Below are positions 27,426-33,356 of a DNA stretch of 33,356 bases, one piece after another. Position 1 is the first letter of the stretch, and every line of letters starts with the position of its first letter. The stretch spans positions 1 through 33,356 of the forward strand of contig CAZPAX010000002.1 in the NCBI GenBank assembly GCA_964584535.1. Reading direction: 5' to 3'. Both the position numbers and the translations under genes were made by a program. The notes below the pieces were generated by a model. It was not told where the DNA came from. It was given only the letters and a program-made list of their open reading frames with translations, and searched no databases. The stretch comes from an uncultured Eubacteriales bacterium (GTDB lineage Bacteria; Acidobacteriota; Aminicenantia; Aminicenantales; CAZPAX01).

Positions 27426-27454
27426 ATACTATATAAGCCAAGGCTCTTTGTCAA
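27426..27454 (-). promoter_or_regulatory. Sigma-70-type promoter for the ispH-rpsA operon (TTGACA-N17-TAGTAT)
   Basis: On the minus strand, TTGACA is at 27454-27449, the spacer is 17 nt, and TAGTAT is at 27431-27426. This is about 25 nt upstream of ATG 27400. Confidence 0.5.
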
Positions 27455-27612
27455 TCCTAAGTGTAAATGAAACCTTGACTTAGCGTCGCTTTTCCTTTTC
27501 TCGGCAGCAGGGCTGAATTCTTATTTTCAATCTCTTTTTCAGCATCTCTTTCTCGCCGGCCAGAAATTTAGTACTGCTTATAATTTTTCTTGCAGTCGAA
27601 AGAAATTAGGTT

Positions 27613-29343
27613 CTATTTTTTCTTTGGAACGACAGGCAACAGAACATAAGAGCTGTATTTTCGGTCGTGAAAAATTCTCTGCGCCGCCTTCTGCACACGG
27701 GTTGTCTTTCCCAGCTCCTCTCCTGTGTTGGGATTACGGTCATATTTTGGAAAAGCAGAGGAGGAAATCTCAAGCCTGATGGAGTGCCCTTTTTTAAACA
27801 TCTGGCAGGTATTCCAGAGGTCAATGTCATAAGCATAGACCCTATTAGGCTCAATGAGGGAAGGCTTGTCCATACCGTCACGGAACCGGGCTCGCACCAT
27901 GCCATCTGTCAGGCGCTGGGCAAAGCCATCTGGCCACACATCGAGAAGCTTGGCCATAAAATCTGTATCAGGCCCTGAGGAGCTGGCAAAGAGCTTGACT
28001 CTGACCGGGCCGCATATTTCCGTATCCTCCGCAAGAGGCTCGCTGGTATAAACGAGGACATCATCGCGGCGCTCTACTGCCCGGTAGTCATCAGGGCCTC
28101 CAACCTGGGCAAAAGAGGGATCGGTAATGAAAGGGACTGGCCTTTCTGGATCGTAGGTATAATGATCAGCGGGCTCACTTCTGGGCTCTATCGCGGAAAG
28201 TGAGCCGTCGCCAAAGAGGCTGTTGGCCCGGCCCTCGCTGTGGAGATAGAATTTAGTCCACTGGGTGCGGGCAATTGGCCATTCGTTCTCATCTACCCAT
28301 TTATTCTCAGCCATGAGGAAGACGTGGACTGGCGGCTCCTTCATGATGCCATTGTCATTTCCTTTAAGCCAGTAGTCAAACCAGCGCAGGAAGTAGCCGT
28401 TGAGGTCCATTGAAGCCTCAGGGCCAAAGTCCACATCTCCAAGTCGCCGGGGTGCGGCCAGCACGCCATGGGGCCAGGGGCCCATGAGCAGTTTTTGGCT
28501 GCGGCGGATCTCCTCTGTTTTTCCCTTGGTGGTCATGCCAGTAAAGTTCAGAGGAGTTCCGATCTGCTCATCATCATACCAGCCAGAGATATGGAGAACA
28601 GGAACTGAGACCCGCTCGAATTTATTCTGGTAACGGAGAGGCTCCCACCACTCATCCAGCTTGGAGTGGTCGACTTCTTCCTTCCAGATATTCAACGGCC
28701 GGCCAATGGCCTCATCCATGGTATAAATCGGAAGATGGGAATGAATCTTTGACCAGTCCAAAGCTTGCATGTTCTGAAGGACACGACCTGAGGTGTAGTG
28801 ATACCAGCTGATCATAATCGGCATCGGAACACCTGTTGGTGTTTCCACAAAAGGATCAGAAGGTGTGACCATGACGATCATCGTGGCAAGATGAGGCGGC
28901 TGGAGGATGGCTGCAAGCCACTGGATGCGGCCATTGTAGGAGCCGCCGATTGTCCCCACTTTTCCAGTTGACCAAGACTGCTGGCTGCACCATTCAATGG
29001 CATCATAGCCATCAAGGCCATCGTTTCGGTAGGGGATGAAGACGCCATCAGAATCTCCCCGGCCCCGGACATCCATCTCAACATAGACATAACCGCGCGA
29101 GGCAAAGTAGCGGCCAAAGGCTAGCGTGCGTGAGCCATTCTTATTGTAGGGAGTACGGGAGAGAATAACAGGGAACTTGCCTTCCGTATCAGGGCGGTAG
29201 ACATCCGCGGAAAGCTCGATCCCATCTCGCATCTTTACTCGCACGTTGAACTCTATCTTGATTTCGTATGTTTGCTCGGCCAGGGAAATTCCGACCAGGA
29301 TAAGAATTATTCCCAAAAGAAAGAGAAATTTGTGCCTGCTCAT
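27613..29343 (-). CDS. CocE/NonD-family hydrolase (peptidase S15, X-Pro dipeptidyl-peptidase-like), secreted
   Basis: Signal peptide MSRHKFLFLLGIILILVGISLA with GGAGG upstream. VILSRTPYNK and the nucleophile elbow GGSYNG are present. The C-terminal beta-sandwich includes RIFHDRKYSSYVLLPV. Confidence 0.85.
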   Translation of the reverse strand: MSRHKFLFLLGIILILVGISLAEQTYEIKIEFNVRVKMRDGIELSADVYRPDTEGKFPVILSRTPYNKNGSRTLAFGRYFASRGYVYVEMDVRGRGDSDGVFIPYRNDGLDGYDAIEWCSQQSWSTGKVGTIGGSYNGRIQWLAAILQPPHLATMIVMVTPSDPFVETPTGVPMPIMISWYHYTSGRVLQNMQALDWSKIHSHLPIYTMDEAIGRPLNIWKEEVDHSKLDEWWEPLRYQNKFERVSVPVLHISGWYDDEQIGTPLNFTGMTTKGKTEEIRRSQKLLMGPWPHGVLAAPRRLGDVDFGPEASMDLNGYFLRWFDYWLKGNDNGIMKEPPVHVFLMAENKWVDENEWPIARTQWTKFYLHSEGRANSLFGDGSLSAIEPRSEPADHYTYDPERPVPFITDPSFAQVGGPDDYRAVERRDDVLVYTSEPLAEDTEICGPVRVKLFASSSGPDTDFMAKLLDVWPDGFAQRLTDGMVRARFRDGMDKPSLIEPNRVYAYDIDLWNTCQMFKKGHSIRLEISSSAFPKYDRNPNTGEELGKTTRVQKAAQRIFHDRKYSSYVLLPVVPKKK

Positions 29344-29389
29344 CGTTTTACCTCCATTTTAATTTTCCCTCTTCATAGACTGCCAGATA

Positions 29390-29418
29390 CTTATAGCATG
29401 GCAAAGATTGGCTGTCAA
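29390..29418 (-). promoter_or_regulatory. Sigma-70-type promoter for the S15 peptidase gene (TTGACA-N17-TATAAG)
   Basis: On the minus strand, TTGACA is at 29418-29413, the spacer is 17 nt, and TATAAG is at 29395-29390. This is about 47 nt upstream of ATG 29343. Confidence 0.55.
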
Positions 29419-29420
29419 AA

Positions 29421-29738
29421 TTATCTGAGGAAAGGAGCGAATCCCTTTTCTTTCTCCTTGCGCCAGGGAAGAATGAAGGCGCTCATGTCATGTCCAACTC
29501 TAGAGGCAATGGCTGTTGATGTCCTGGCAATTGTCAGGAAGCCGGGCTATTCGATTGAAGAATATTTGTCAAGCTCCGGGCTCCTAGCTTGGGCGAGTGT
29601 CATGAATACAGAAATGATCAATCCTTCATAGCTCCGGCCAATGCGGTGAATGATTTCTTCTTTCTCATATCCTCGGGGCTTAATGATCTGATACCGAATC
29701 AAATTTCTAAGACCTTGGCCAAAAGCTATTCGTTCCAT
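29421..29738 (-). pseudogene. TAG-interrupted 105-codon ORF whose last 15 codons are homologous to the 3' end of the AstE-like gene; probable gene remnant
   Basis: The track ORF 29547..29738 (63 aa) continues in the same frame past its TAG (29547-29549) for 41 more codons: ...PGFLTIARTSTAIASRVGHDMSAFILPWRKEKEKGFAPFLR, ending at TAA 29421-29423. Nucleotides 29425-29468 match 31041-31084 at 38/44. There is no SD, and its ATG overlaps the lipoprotein gene end by 13 nt. Confidence 0.4.
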
Positions 29739-30559
29739 TTAGACAAAAATAACAGCTCTGGCCATTGGCTAGTTTGACCTTCCGCCAATTTAACGATGGC
29801 CCAGATTTTGAGGCCTTCAGGCATTTGTGGCCCCCTTCCGAATCCGCCCATTCCTCCCCGGCCAGGCACCCCGGCCATCGGAGGTCTGCCGCCACCAGGC
29901 ATTCCGCCTGGACGCCGGGACATCTTGCCAAGATCGAGTTTTCCAGTTTCAAATCCTACCCCAATTTTCTTCCCCGGCTCAGCAGCCAAAGCAATAGGGT
30001 GCTCCTCTGTTGGGAGGAGTGGTATTTTGAGTTCATAAACAAGCATCCCGGTCGATGGCAGGGCTTTGATCTCGATCCCTTTTGCCTCAGCGATATTCAT
30101 TTTTTGGGGCTCTTCCTTTTCTGATCGGATGATCTCCAACTCTGTCATAGTCCCTCCGGGAACATTCTCAAGTCCCGGCTCCTCTTGATCCTCTCTCCAA
30201 GGCATGGGCCGCTCGGCCGCAGGCATGCCCAAGGGAAATTTGATCCCCAAGGCCTTCTTCTTTCCTCCTTGTGGATCAAACCAGACAGTCAGGCCCTGCA
30301 TCATGATCTGGTTCCGCGTAAAATTGTTTTCGGCGAGAAGGCAGACATAGAGATTTTCCTGATCATTCAGGAATCCAAGAGAGACTCGCTCGTTCTCAGC
30401 AATGTACAATTCTCCTCGCCAGTCATCGCTCTTCCCATCGATAATGATCTGGTGATCTGGTAACCGGCTATCCGTCAAAAAGGTATTGAATGTGCTGCAG
30501 CCGGCAAGCCCTAAGCTCAGGAGCAACAACAAAGATACTTTTTTTAAAATCGGATTCAT
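29726..30559 (-). CDS. Lipoprotein of unknown function with a Gly/Pro/Met-rich C-terminal segment
   Basis: Start at MNPILKKVSLLLLLSLGLAGCS (lipobox LAGC) with GGAGGAAGAC immediately upstream. The low-complexity segment is RRPGGMPGGGRPPMAGVPGRGGMGGFGRGPQMPEG. Confidence 0.8.
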   Translation of the reverse strand: MNPILKKVSLLLLLSLGLAGCSTFNTFLTDSRLPDHQIIIDGKSDDWRGELYIAENERVSLGFLNDQENLYVCLLAENNFTRNQIMMQGLTVWFDPQGGKKKALGIKFPLGMPAAERPMPWREDQEEPGLENVPGGTMTELEIIRSEKEEPQKMNIAEAKGIEIKALPSTGMLVYELKIPLLPTEEHPIALAAEPGKKIGVGFETGKLDLGKMSRRPGGMPGGGRPPMAGVPGRGGMGGFGRGPQMPEGLKIWAIVKLAEGQTSQWPELLFLSKWNE

Positions 30560-30580
30560 GTCTTCCTCCATTCCTTAAAA

Positions 30581-30598
30581 CCAAGGAAAACTCCTTGG
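30581..30598 (-). terminator. Terminator/attenuator-like hairpin about 10 nt upstream of the lipoprotein RBS
   Basis: CCAAGGA (30581-30587) pairs with TCCTTGG (30592-30598) around a 4-nt loop. The minus-strand RNA reads CAAAAAAUAUUC-hairpin-UUUUAAGGAAUGGAGG. A U/A-run flanks it on both strands. Confidence 0.35.
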
Positions 30599-30809
30599 GA
30601 ATATTTTTTGCCTATTCCTTGAGCTAGTCGTCTTTTTTCTTTAATTTAAACTTTCGATTTTTCTGAATAGTTGCAAAATAGATTTGCAGGCATAGATCAT
30701 TCAAAAAATATCAAATAAGATTATCAAGGCGCAACCTTCACCTGAGCACTAAAAAGGAAGTAGCAAAACGTTGGGGAGCGAAGGCAATAATTCATGTGAA
30801 ATCCAATAT

Positions 30810-30937
30810 TGGGCGGGATGGATGCCGCCCTGAAGCCCCCGTAGCGGAGAGGGGGCCCATCGGCTTCTCCGATGGGGGGAACCGACGGGACTGGTTCCCT
30901 CGGGGTCCGGGGGCTAGAGGCGGCTTCAGCCCGCCCA
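30810..30937. ncRNA. Candidate structured RNA (family and strand unassigned): GC-rich three-segment stem capped by two tandem hairpins
   Basis: About 74% GC by hand count (93/126 over 30811-30936) inside an AT-rich gap. Watson-Crick helices: 30810-30817/30930-30937 (8 bp), 30824-30829/30919-30924 (6 bp), 30834-30841/30908-30915 (8 bp), hairpin 30856-30863/30869-30876 (8 bp, loop CUUCU), and hairpin 30877-30883/30893-30899 (7 bp, loop GACGGGACU). Confidence 0.45.
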
Positions 30938-31015
30938 TAGAATTTAACTTCATTTATTACCTTGAAATGAGTAGCTGCGCAGTACCCCCTAAAGATTTGC
31001 TGCTTCCACTAAAAA

Positions 31016-32161
31016 CTACTTCTTGGTTTTATTGGGAGACCTTAGAAACGAAGCGAGTCCCTTTTCTTTCACCTTGCGCCAGGGTGGGATATTTTCTATT
31101 TCAATTGTCTTTTGGGGTTCGATCTCGGCAAAGCTTTTAAGAAGTGCTTCTACGGCTCCGAGATGGCGGGCAACGCGGAGCTTAAGAGGGACTCCCTCTT
31201 CTGGGTAGGGGACAAAGAGCCAGCCAAGCTTTGCAGCCTTAGTATAGTTTTTATCCTTTCCATCGACGATCAAAGAAGGAGAAGTTTTTCCTTTGAGCCG
31301 GCCATGGGAAGCATTGGGGGTTTCGAGCAGAACGACTTTAATTCCAGCATGGTCTCCCCACTCCCTGTGGCTTAAGCCGCGAAGGTTTGTCGGTGAGGCT
31401 TCAAGCCGAAACTCAAGCCCTTCCACCTGAAGCTCCATCTGGGCTAGGGCAGCCAGCTCAGCGCTATTTTCATGAAAGACAATGGCATTGATGACAGGGT
31501 ACTCTGGAGCAGACTCATGGAGATCAAGGCCTAAGTCAATTTTCTCTTCCTTTATCAATTCCATGATGGCGTAGGCCACCTTTTCTGTTAAATAACCTTT
31601 TTTTCTTCCAGGATAGCAGCGATTGAGATTTCGAATTTCTGAGCCTGTTAGGTTTTGGCCAGCCGGGTTTCGATACATAGTTGGATCGGGCCATTGGTGG
31701 ACAGGATTGGTCAGTCGCGATCCGAGCCGAAACCACCTTCTTCCACTTTGCGCTTCAAGAAAATATCTCTGAGGACTTCCTTCCTGCGGGTCGCTATGGC
31801 TGAAGCCGCTCGAATTGGCCCTTGGAATAATAACCACTTTTCCCCTTTTAACCTGAATATTTTCAATCAAAAGAACAGCCGTCACAAATCCTGCTGGTTC
31901 ATTGGGATGGGTGCCACCCAGGATAAGAAGATTTCCTCCTTCTTCCCGGCCCTCGAAAAAGTAGACCTCTGTATCTCCTCCTCTATTTTTCAATCTGGGG
32001 AAGTAGTCGCTCAGCATTTTCTGGGAAGAAAGAGCGGAACTCGGAAAAATCGGCTCTTTCTGACGCATGCTCAAGAATCTAAGACCAGAGAAAAAACAGA
32101 TGATAAGAGTCAAAAGGAAGAGAACCGATCCTGAAATTGCATTCTTTTTTAAAGTCTTCAT
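31016..32161 (-). CDS. Succinylglutamate desuccinylase/aspartoacylase (AstE/AspA) family zinc deacylase, membrane-anchored
   Basis: N-terminal TM anchor. GGTHPNEPAG carries the HxxE zinc motif typical of this M14-related family, followed by DLHES. Length is 381 aa. Confidence 0.75.
   Translation of the reverse strand: MKTLKKNAISGSVLFLLTLIICFFSGLRFLSMRQKEPIFPSSALSSQKMLSDYFPRLKNRGGDTEVYFFEGREEGGNLLILGGTHPNEPAGFVTAVLLIENIQVKRGKVVIIPRANSSGFSHSDPQEGSPQRYFLEAQSGRRWFRLGSRLTNPVHQWPDPTMYRNPAGQNLTGSEIRNLNRCYPGRKKGYLTEKVAYAIMELIKEEKIDLGLDLHESAPEYPVINAIVFHENSAELAALAQMELQVEGLEFRLEASPTNLRGLSHREWGDHAGIKVVLLETPNASHGRLKGKTSPSLIVDGKDKNYTKAAKLGWLFVPYPEEGVPLKLRVARHLGAVEALLKSFAEIEPQKTIEIENIPPWRKVKEKGLASFLRSPNKTKK
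31041..31084. repeat. 44-nt repeat, second copy at 29425-29468 (38/44 identical)
   Basis: CTTAGAAACGAAGCGAGTCCCTTTTCTTTCACCTTGCGCCAGGG versus CTGAGGAAAGGAGCGAATCCCTTTTCTTTCTCCTTGCGCCAGGG. The flanking sequence on both sides shows no comparable nucleotide similarity. Confidence 0.7.
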
Positions 32162-32163
32162 TT

Positions 32164-32307
32164 TTATTTAATCAAAAAGAGACGGAGCAAAAATAGGACT
32201 AGGACAAGAATAGTGTTCACTTGGTTCCAGAATTTTTTCTCACGAAAAAGATAATAAATAAAATTCAATGTTAAATAAAGGACGAGAATTTGGTAGATAA
32301 TCTGCAT
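32164..32307 (-). CDS. Possible 47-aa two-TM small membrane protein (below the ORF-track cutoff)
   Basis: MQIIYQILVLYLTLNFIYYLFREKKFWNQVNTILVLVLFLLRLFLIK. GAGGA sits 5 nt upstream of ATG 32307. The ORF fills the gap between the DctM-type stop (32316) and the AstE-like start (32161) almost exactly. Confidence 0.4.
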   Translation of the reverse strand: MQIIYQILVLYLTLNFIYYLFREKKFWNQVNTILVLVLFLLRLFLIK

Positions 32308-32315
32308 TTTTTCCT

Positions 32316-33356
32316 CTAAAAAATTTTGTCAAGAAAGGGTGAAAACAACAAGACTCCTATTCCCATGGTCAGAATAAAGAGCGAGGGGACGAGGCAGTGC
32401 CGCAGAATTCTGGAAAAGCGAGGCTCACCGACAATCTGGGCCGAAAACCTGGCAGCTACAGCAGCAGGGAGCATCAAATCTCCGATAGCTGCAATGGTCG
32501 ATAGAGCAGAGGTGGTGAGTATGGCGTTCTTGCCGACAAGAGCGAGGATAAAGGGAATCCCAAAAATGGAGACAGCACCAAAGCAGGAAACTCCTCCAAA
32601 AAGGGGGAGGCTCAAAGAGATTCCAAGGTAGAGAAGGAAAGAGGGAAAGGAAAGGATGGAAATAACAGTCCAGCCTCTTGCTCCAGTGAGAGTCATGATC
32701 TGGATGAACATTCCTACTCCAGCCAGGATGCAAAGAATGGGCATGGCTTCTTCTATGGCTTTCTGAGTAATCTTGAGATAATTTAGAGGCCGGCCGCAGA
32801 AGATTCCAACTAGACTACCTAAGAGGAAAATGCCGGGAATTCCGATATCAGGCATGAATTTGACCAGGATTCCCTGGCCAAGCATCAGTCCCAGGACCAA
32901 AATCAAGGGAAGATAGAGGCGAAAGCCGTATTTTGGATAAAGAGATTCAGGAAGAATGGTCATCATTTCTTCATAGTCGATTATCTTGATATCTCTGTAG
33001 CCGATCCAGAGGGAGATGATGATGGCCAGAGGAATGGAGATAGCAAGGAGAGGAAGAGCGACACCCACATAAGGCATATCAACTCCTGCTCCCATGATCA
33101 TAACCATGATGTTGACTGGTGGGGCAATCATCCCCACAATTCCGCCCATGGCCAGGAAAGCAGCGGTTTTTCCTTTGGGGAGGCCGAGTTTCATGAGTAA
33201 AGGTGCGATAAGAGGGCCTGAGGTGAGAACAGCAGCTACAGAAGAGCCGATGATCATTCCTGGAAACATGGCAATGAACATGGCCGAAAGCAAGAGAAGA
33301 AATTTTTTTTTGTAGAAAGTCCGGAGAAGAAGGGAAGTCAGACTGTCCAGGATTCC
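32316..33356 (-). CDS. TRAP transporter large permease (DctM-type), 5' end outside the window
   Basis: The reading frame stays open to the window edge; upstream of the track's TTG it reads GILDSLTSLLLRTFYKKKFLLL. GSSVAAVLTSGPLIAPLLMKLGLPKGKTAAFLAMGGIVGMIAPPVNIMV matches the conserved DctM segment (G.S.A...G.I.IP.M...GY...A......G.IIPPS). Confidence 0.75.
   Translation of the reverse strand, partial: GILDSLTSLLLRTFYKKKFLLLLSAMFIAMFPGMIIGSSVAAVLTSGPLIAPLLMKLGLPKGKTAAFLAMGGIVGMIAPPVNIMVMIMGAGVDMPYVGVALPLLAISIPLAIIISLWIGYRDIKIIDYEEMMTILPESLYPKYGFRLYLPLILVLGLMLGQGILVKFMPDIGIPGIFLLGSLVGIFCGRPLNYLKITQKAIEEAMPILCILAGVGMFIQIMTLTGARGWTVISILSFPSFLLYLGISLSLPLFGGVSCFGAVSIFGIPFILALVGKNAILTTSALSTIAAIGDLMLPAAVAARFSAQIVGEPRFSRILRHCLVPSLFILTMGIGVLLFSPFLDKIF

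Noticed and set aside
27455-27612. 21-codon minus-strand ORF (MLKKRLKIRIQPCCREKEKRR) and weak AT-rich hairpin TTTCTT/AAGAAA (27585-27604) downstream of the S15 peptidase gene
   Set aside because: The RBS is poor and there is nothing to indicate conservation. The hairpin is only 6 bp of mostly A-T with no clear U-tract.
30671-30690. TTGCAAAATAGATTTGCAGG (minus strand CCTGCAAATCTATTTTGCAA), considered as a sigma-54 promoter for the lipoprotein gene
   Set aside because: The -24 position reads TGC rather than TGG, and the spacing to the downstream GC is 11 nt rather than 10.
30810-30937. Assignment of the GC-rich element to tRNA, tmRNA, small SRP RNA, 6S RNA, RNase P RNA, hammerhead/twister ribozymes or common riboswitch classes
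   Set aside because: There is no T-loop GGTTCGAATCC and no CCA-type acceptor layout. The SRP GGAA tetraloop/AGCAGCC motif is absent. CUGAAGC does not satisfy the hammerhead CUGANGA core. The conserved cores of SAM-I, glycine, ydaO, ZTP, B12 and guanidine motifs are absent. GGGACUGG resembles a fragment of the SAM-I and ZTP cores, but the rest does not fit. This was done by eye only, so a covariance-model search is still needed.
31117-31131. GGGGTTCGATCTCGG, which resembles a tRNA T-arm
   Set aside because: The flanking bases do not form a T-stem or an acceptor stem, and the sequence lies inside the AstE-like coding region.
30796-31140. 114-aa plus-strand ORF covering the GC-rich element and the 3' end of the AstE-like gene
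   Set aside because: The Gly/Arg/Pro-rich translation is a by-product of the GC-rich palindromic stems. It overlaps a supported minus-strand CDS, and the extensive complementary pairing argues for RNA/DNA structure rather than coding.

Overview
33.4-kb chromosomal window from an unidentified bacterium. GC looks moderate by eye, many genes have GGAGG Shine-Dalgarno sites, and several promoters fit TTGACA-N17-TATAxx. I support about 27 protein genes, 22 on the minus strand, and saw no rRNA, tRNA, CRISPR array, integrase or transposase gene.

Housekeeping and peptide/amino-acid scavenging genes:
- ispH-rpsA-IHF-like-HIT operon
- acyl-CoA dehydrogenase and PpiD
- secreted M14 carboxypeptidase and APC permease
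- PlsC-like acyltransferase
- IadA-NhaC
- S15 (CocE/NonD) peptidase
- AstE/AspA-family deacylase beside a TRAP DctM-type permease, which is cut by the right window edge

The left third looks more accessory:
- an ECF sigma / zf-HC2 anti-sigma / secretin-N-like trio joined by ATGA overlaps
- a Tat-signal PhnP/PqqB-type metallo-beta-lactamase (MBL-fold) protein and a 778-aa secreted unknown
- a RelE/RHH toxin-antitoxin pair
- a GH3 beta-glucosidase with a PA14 insert, then a 780-aa secreted unknown
- a GAF/sigma-54 enhancer-binding protein and a small CxxC coiled-coil protein

The most interesting signals are non-coding:
1. A 222-bp nested palindrome carries six GGGGTCAGAC copies and is flanked by a 9-bp direct repeat. 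It looks like a MITE (non-autonomous transposable element) insertion between two divergent promoters at 15.77-15.99 kb.
2. A 128-nt, about 74% GC, heavily base-paired element sits in an AT-rich 444-bp gap at 30.81-30.94 kb. It is a candidate structured RNA that I cannot assign to a known family.
3. There are two gene relics. One is a frameshifted tail that I recall as DUF853/HerA-like. The other is a TAG-interrupted ORF sharing a 44-nt repeat with the AstE-like gene.

I found no clear multi-gene novel system. Functional calls rest on motif recognition from the translations, not on database searches.
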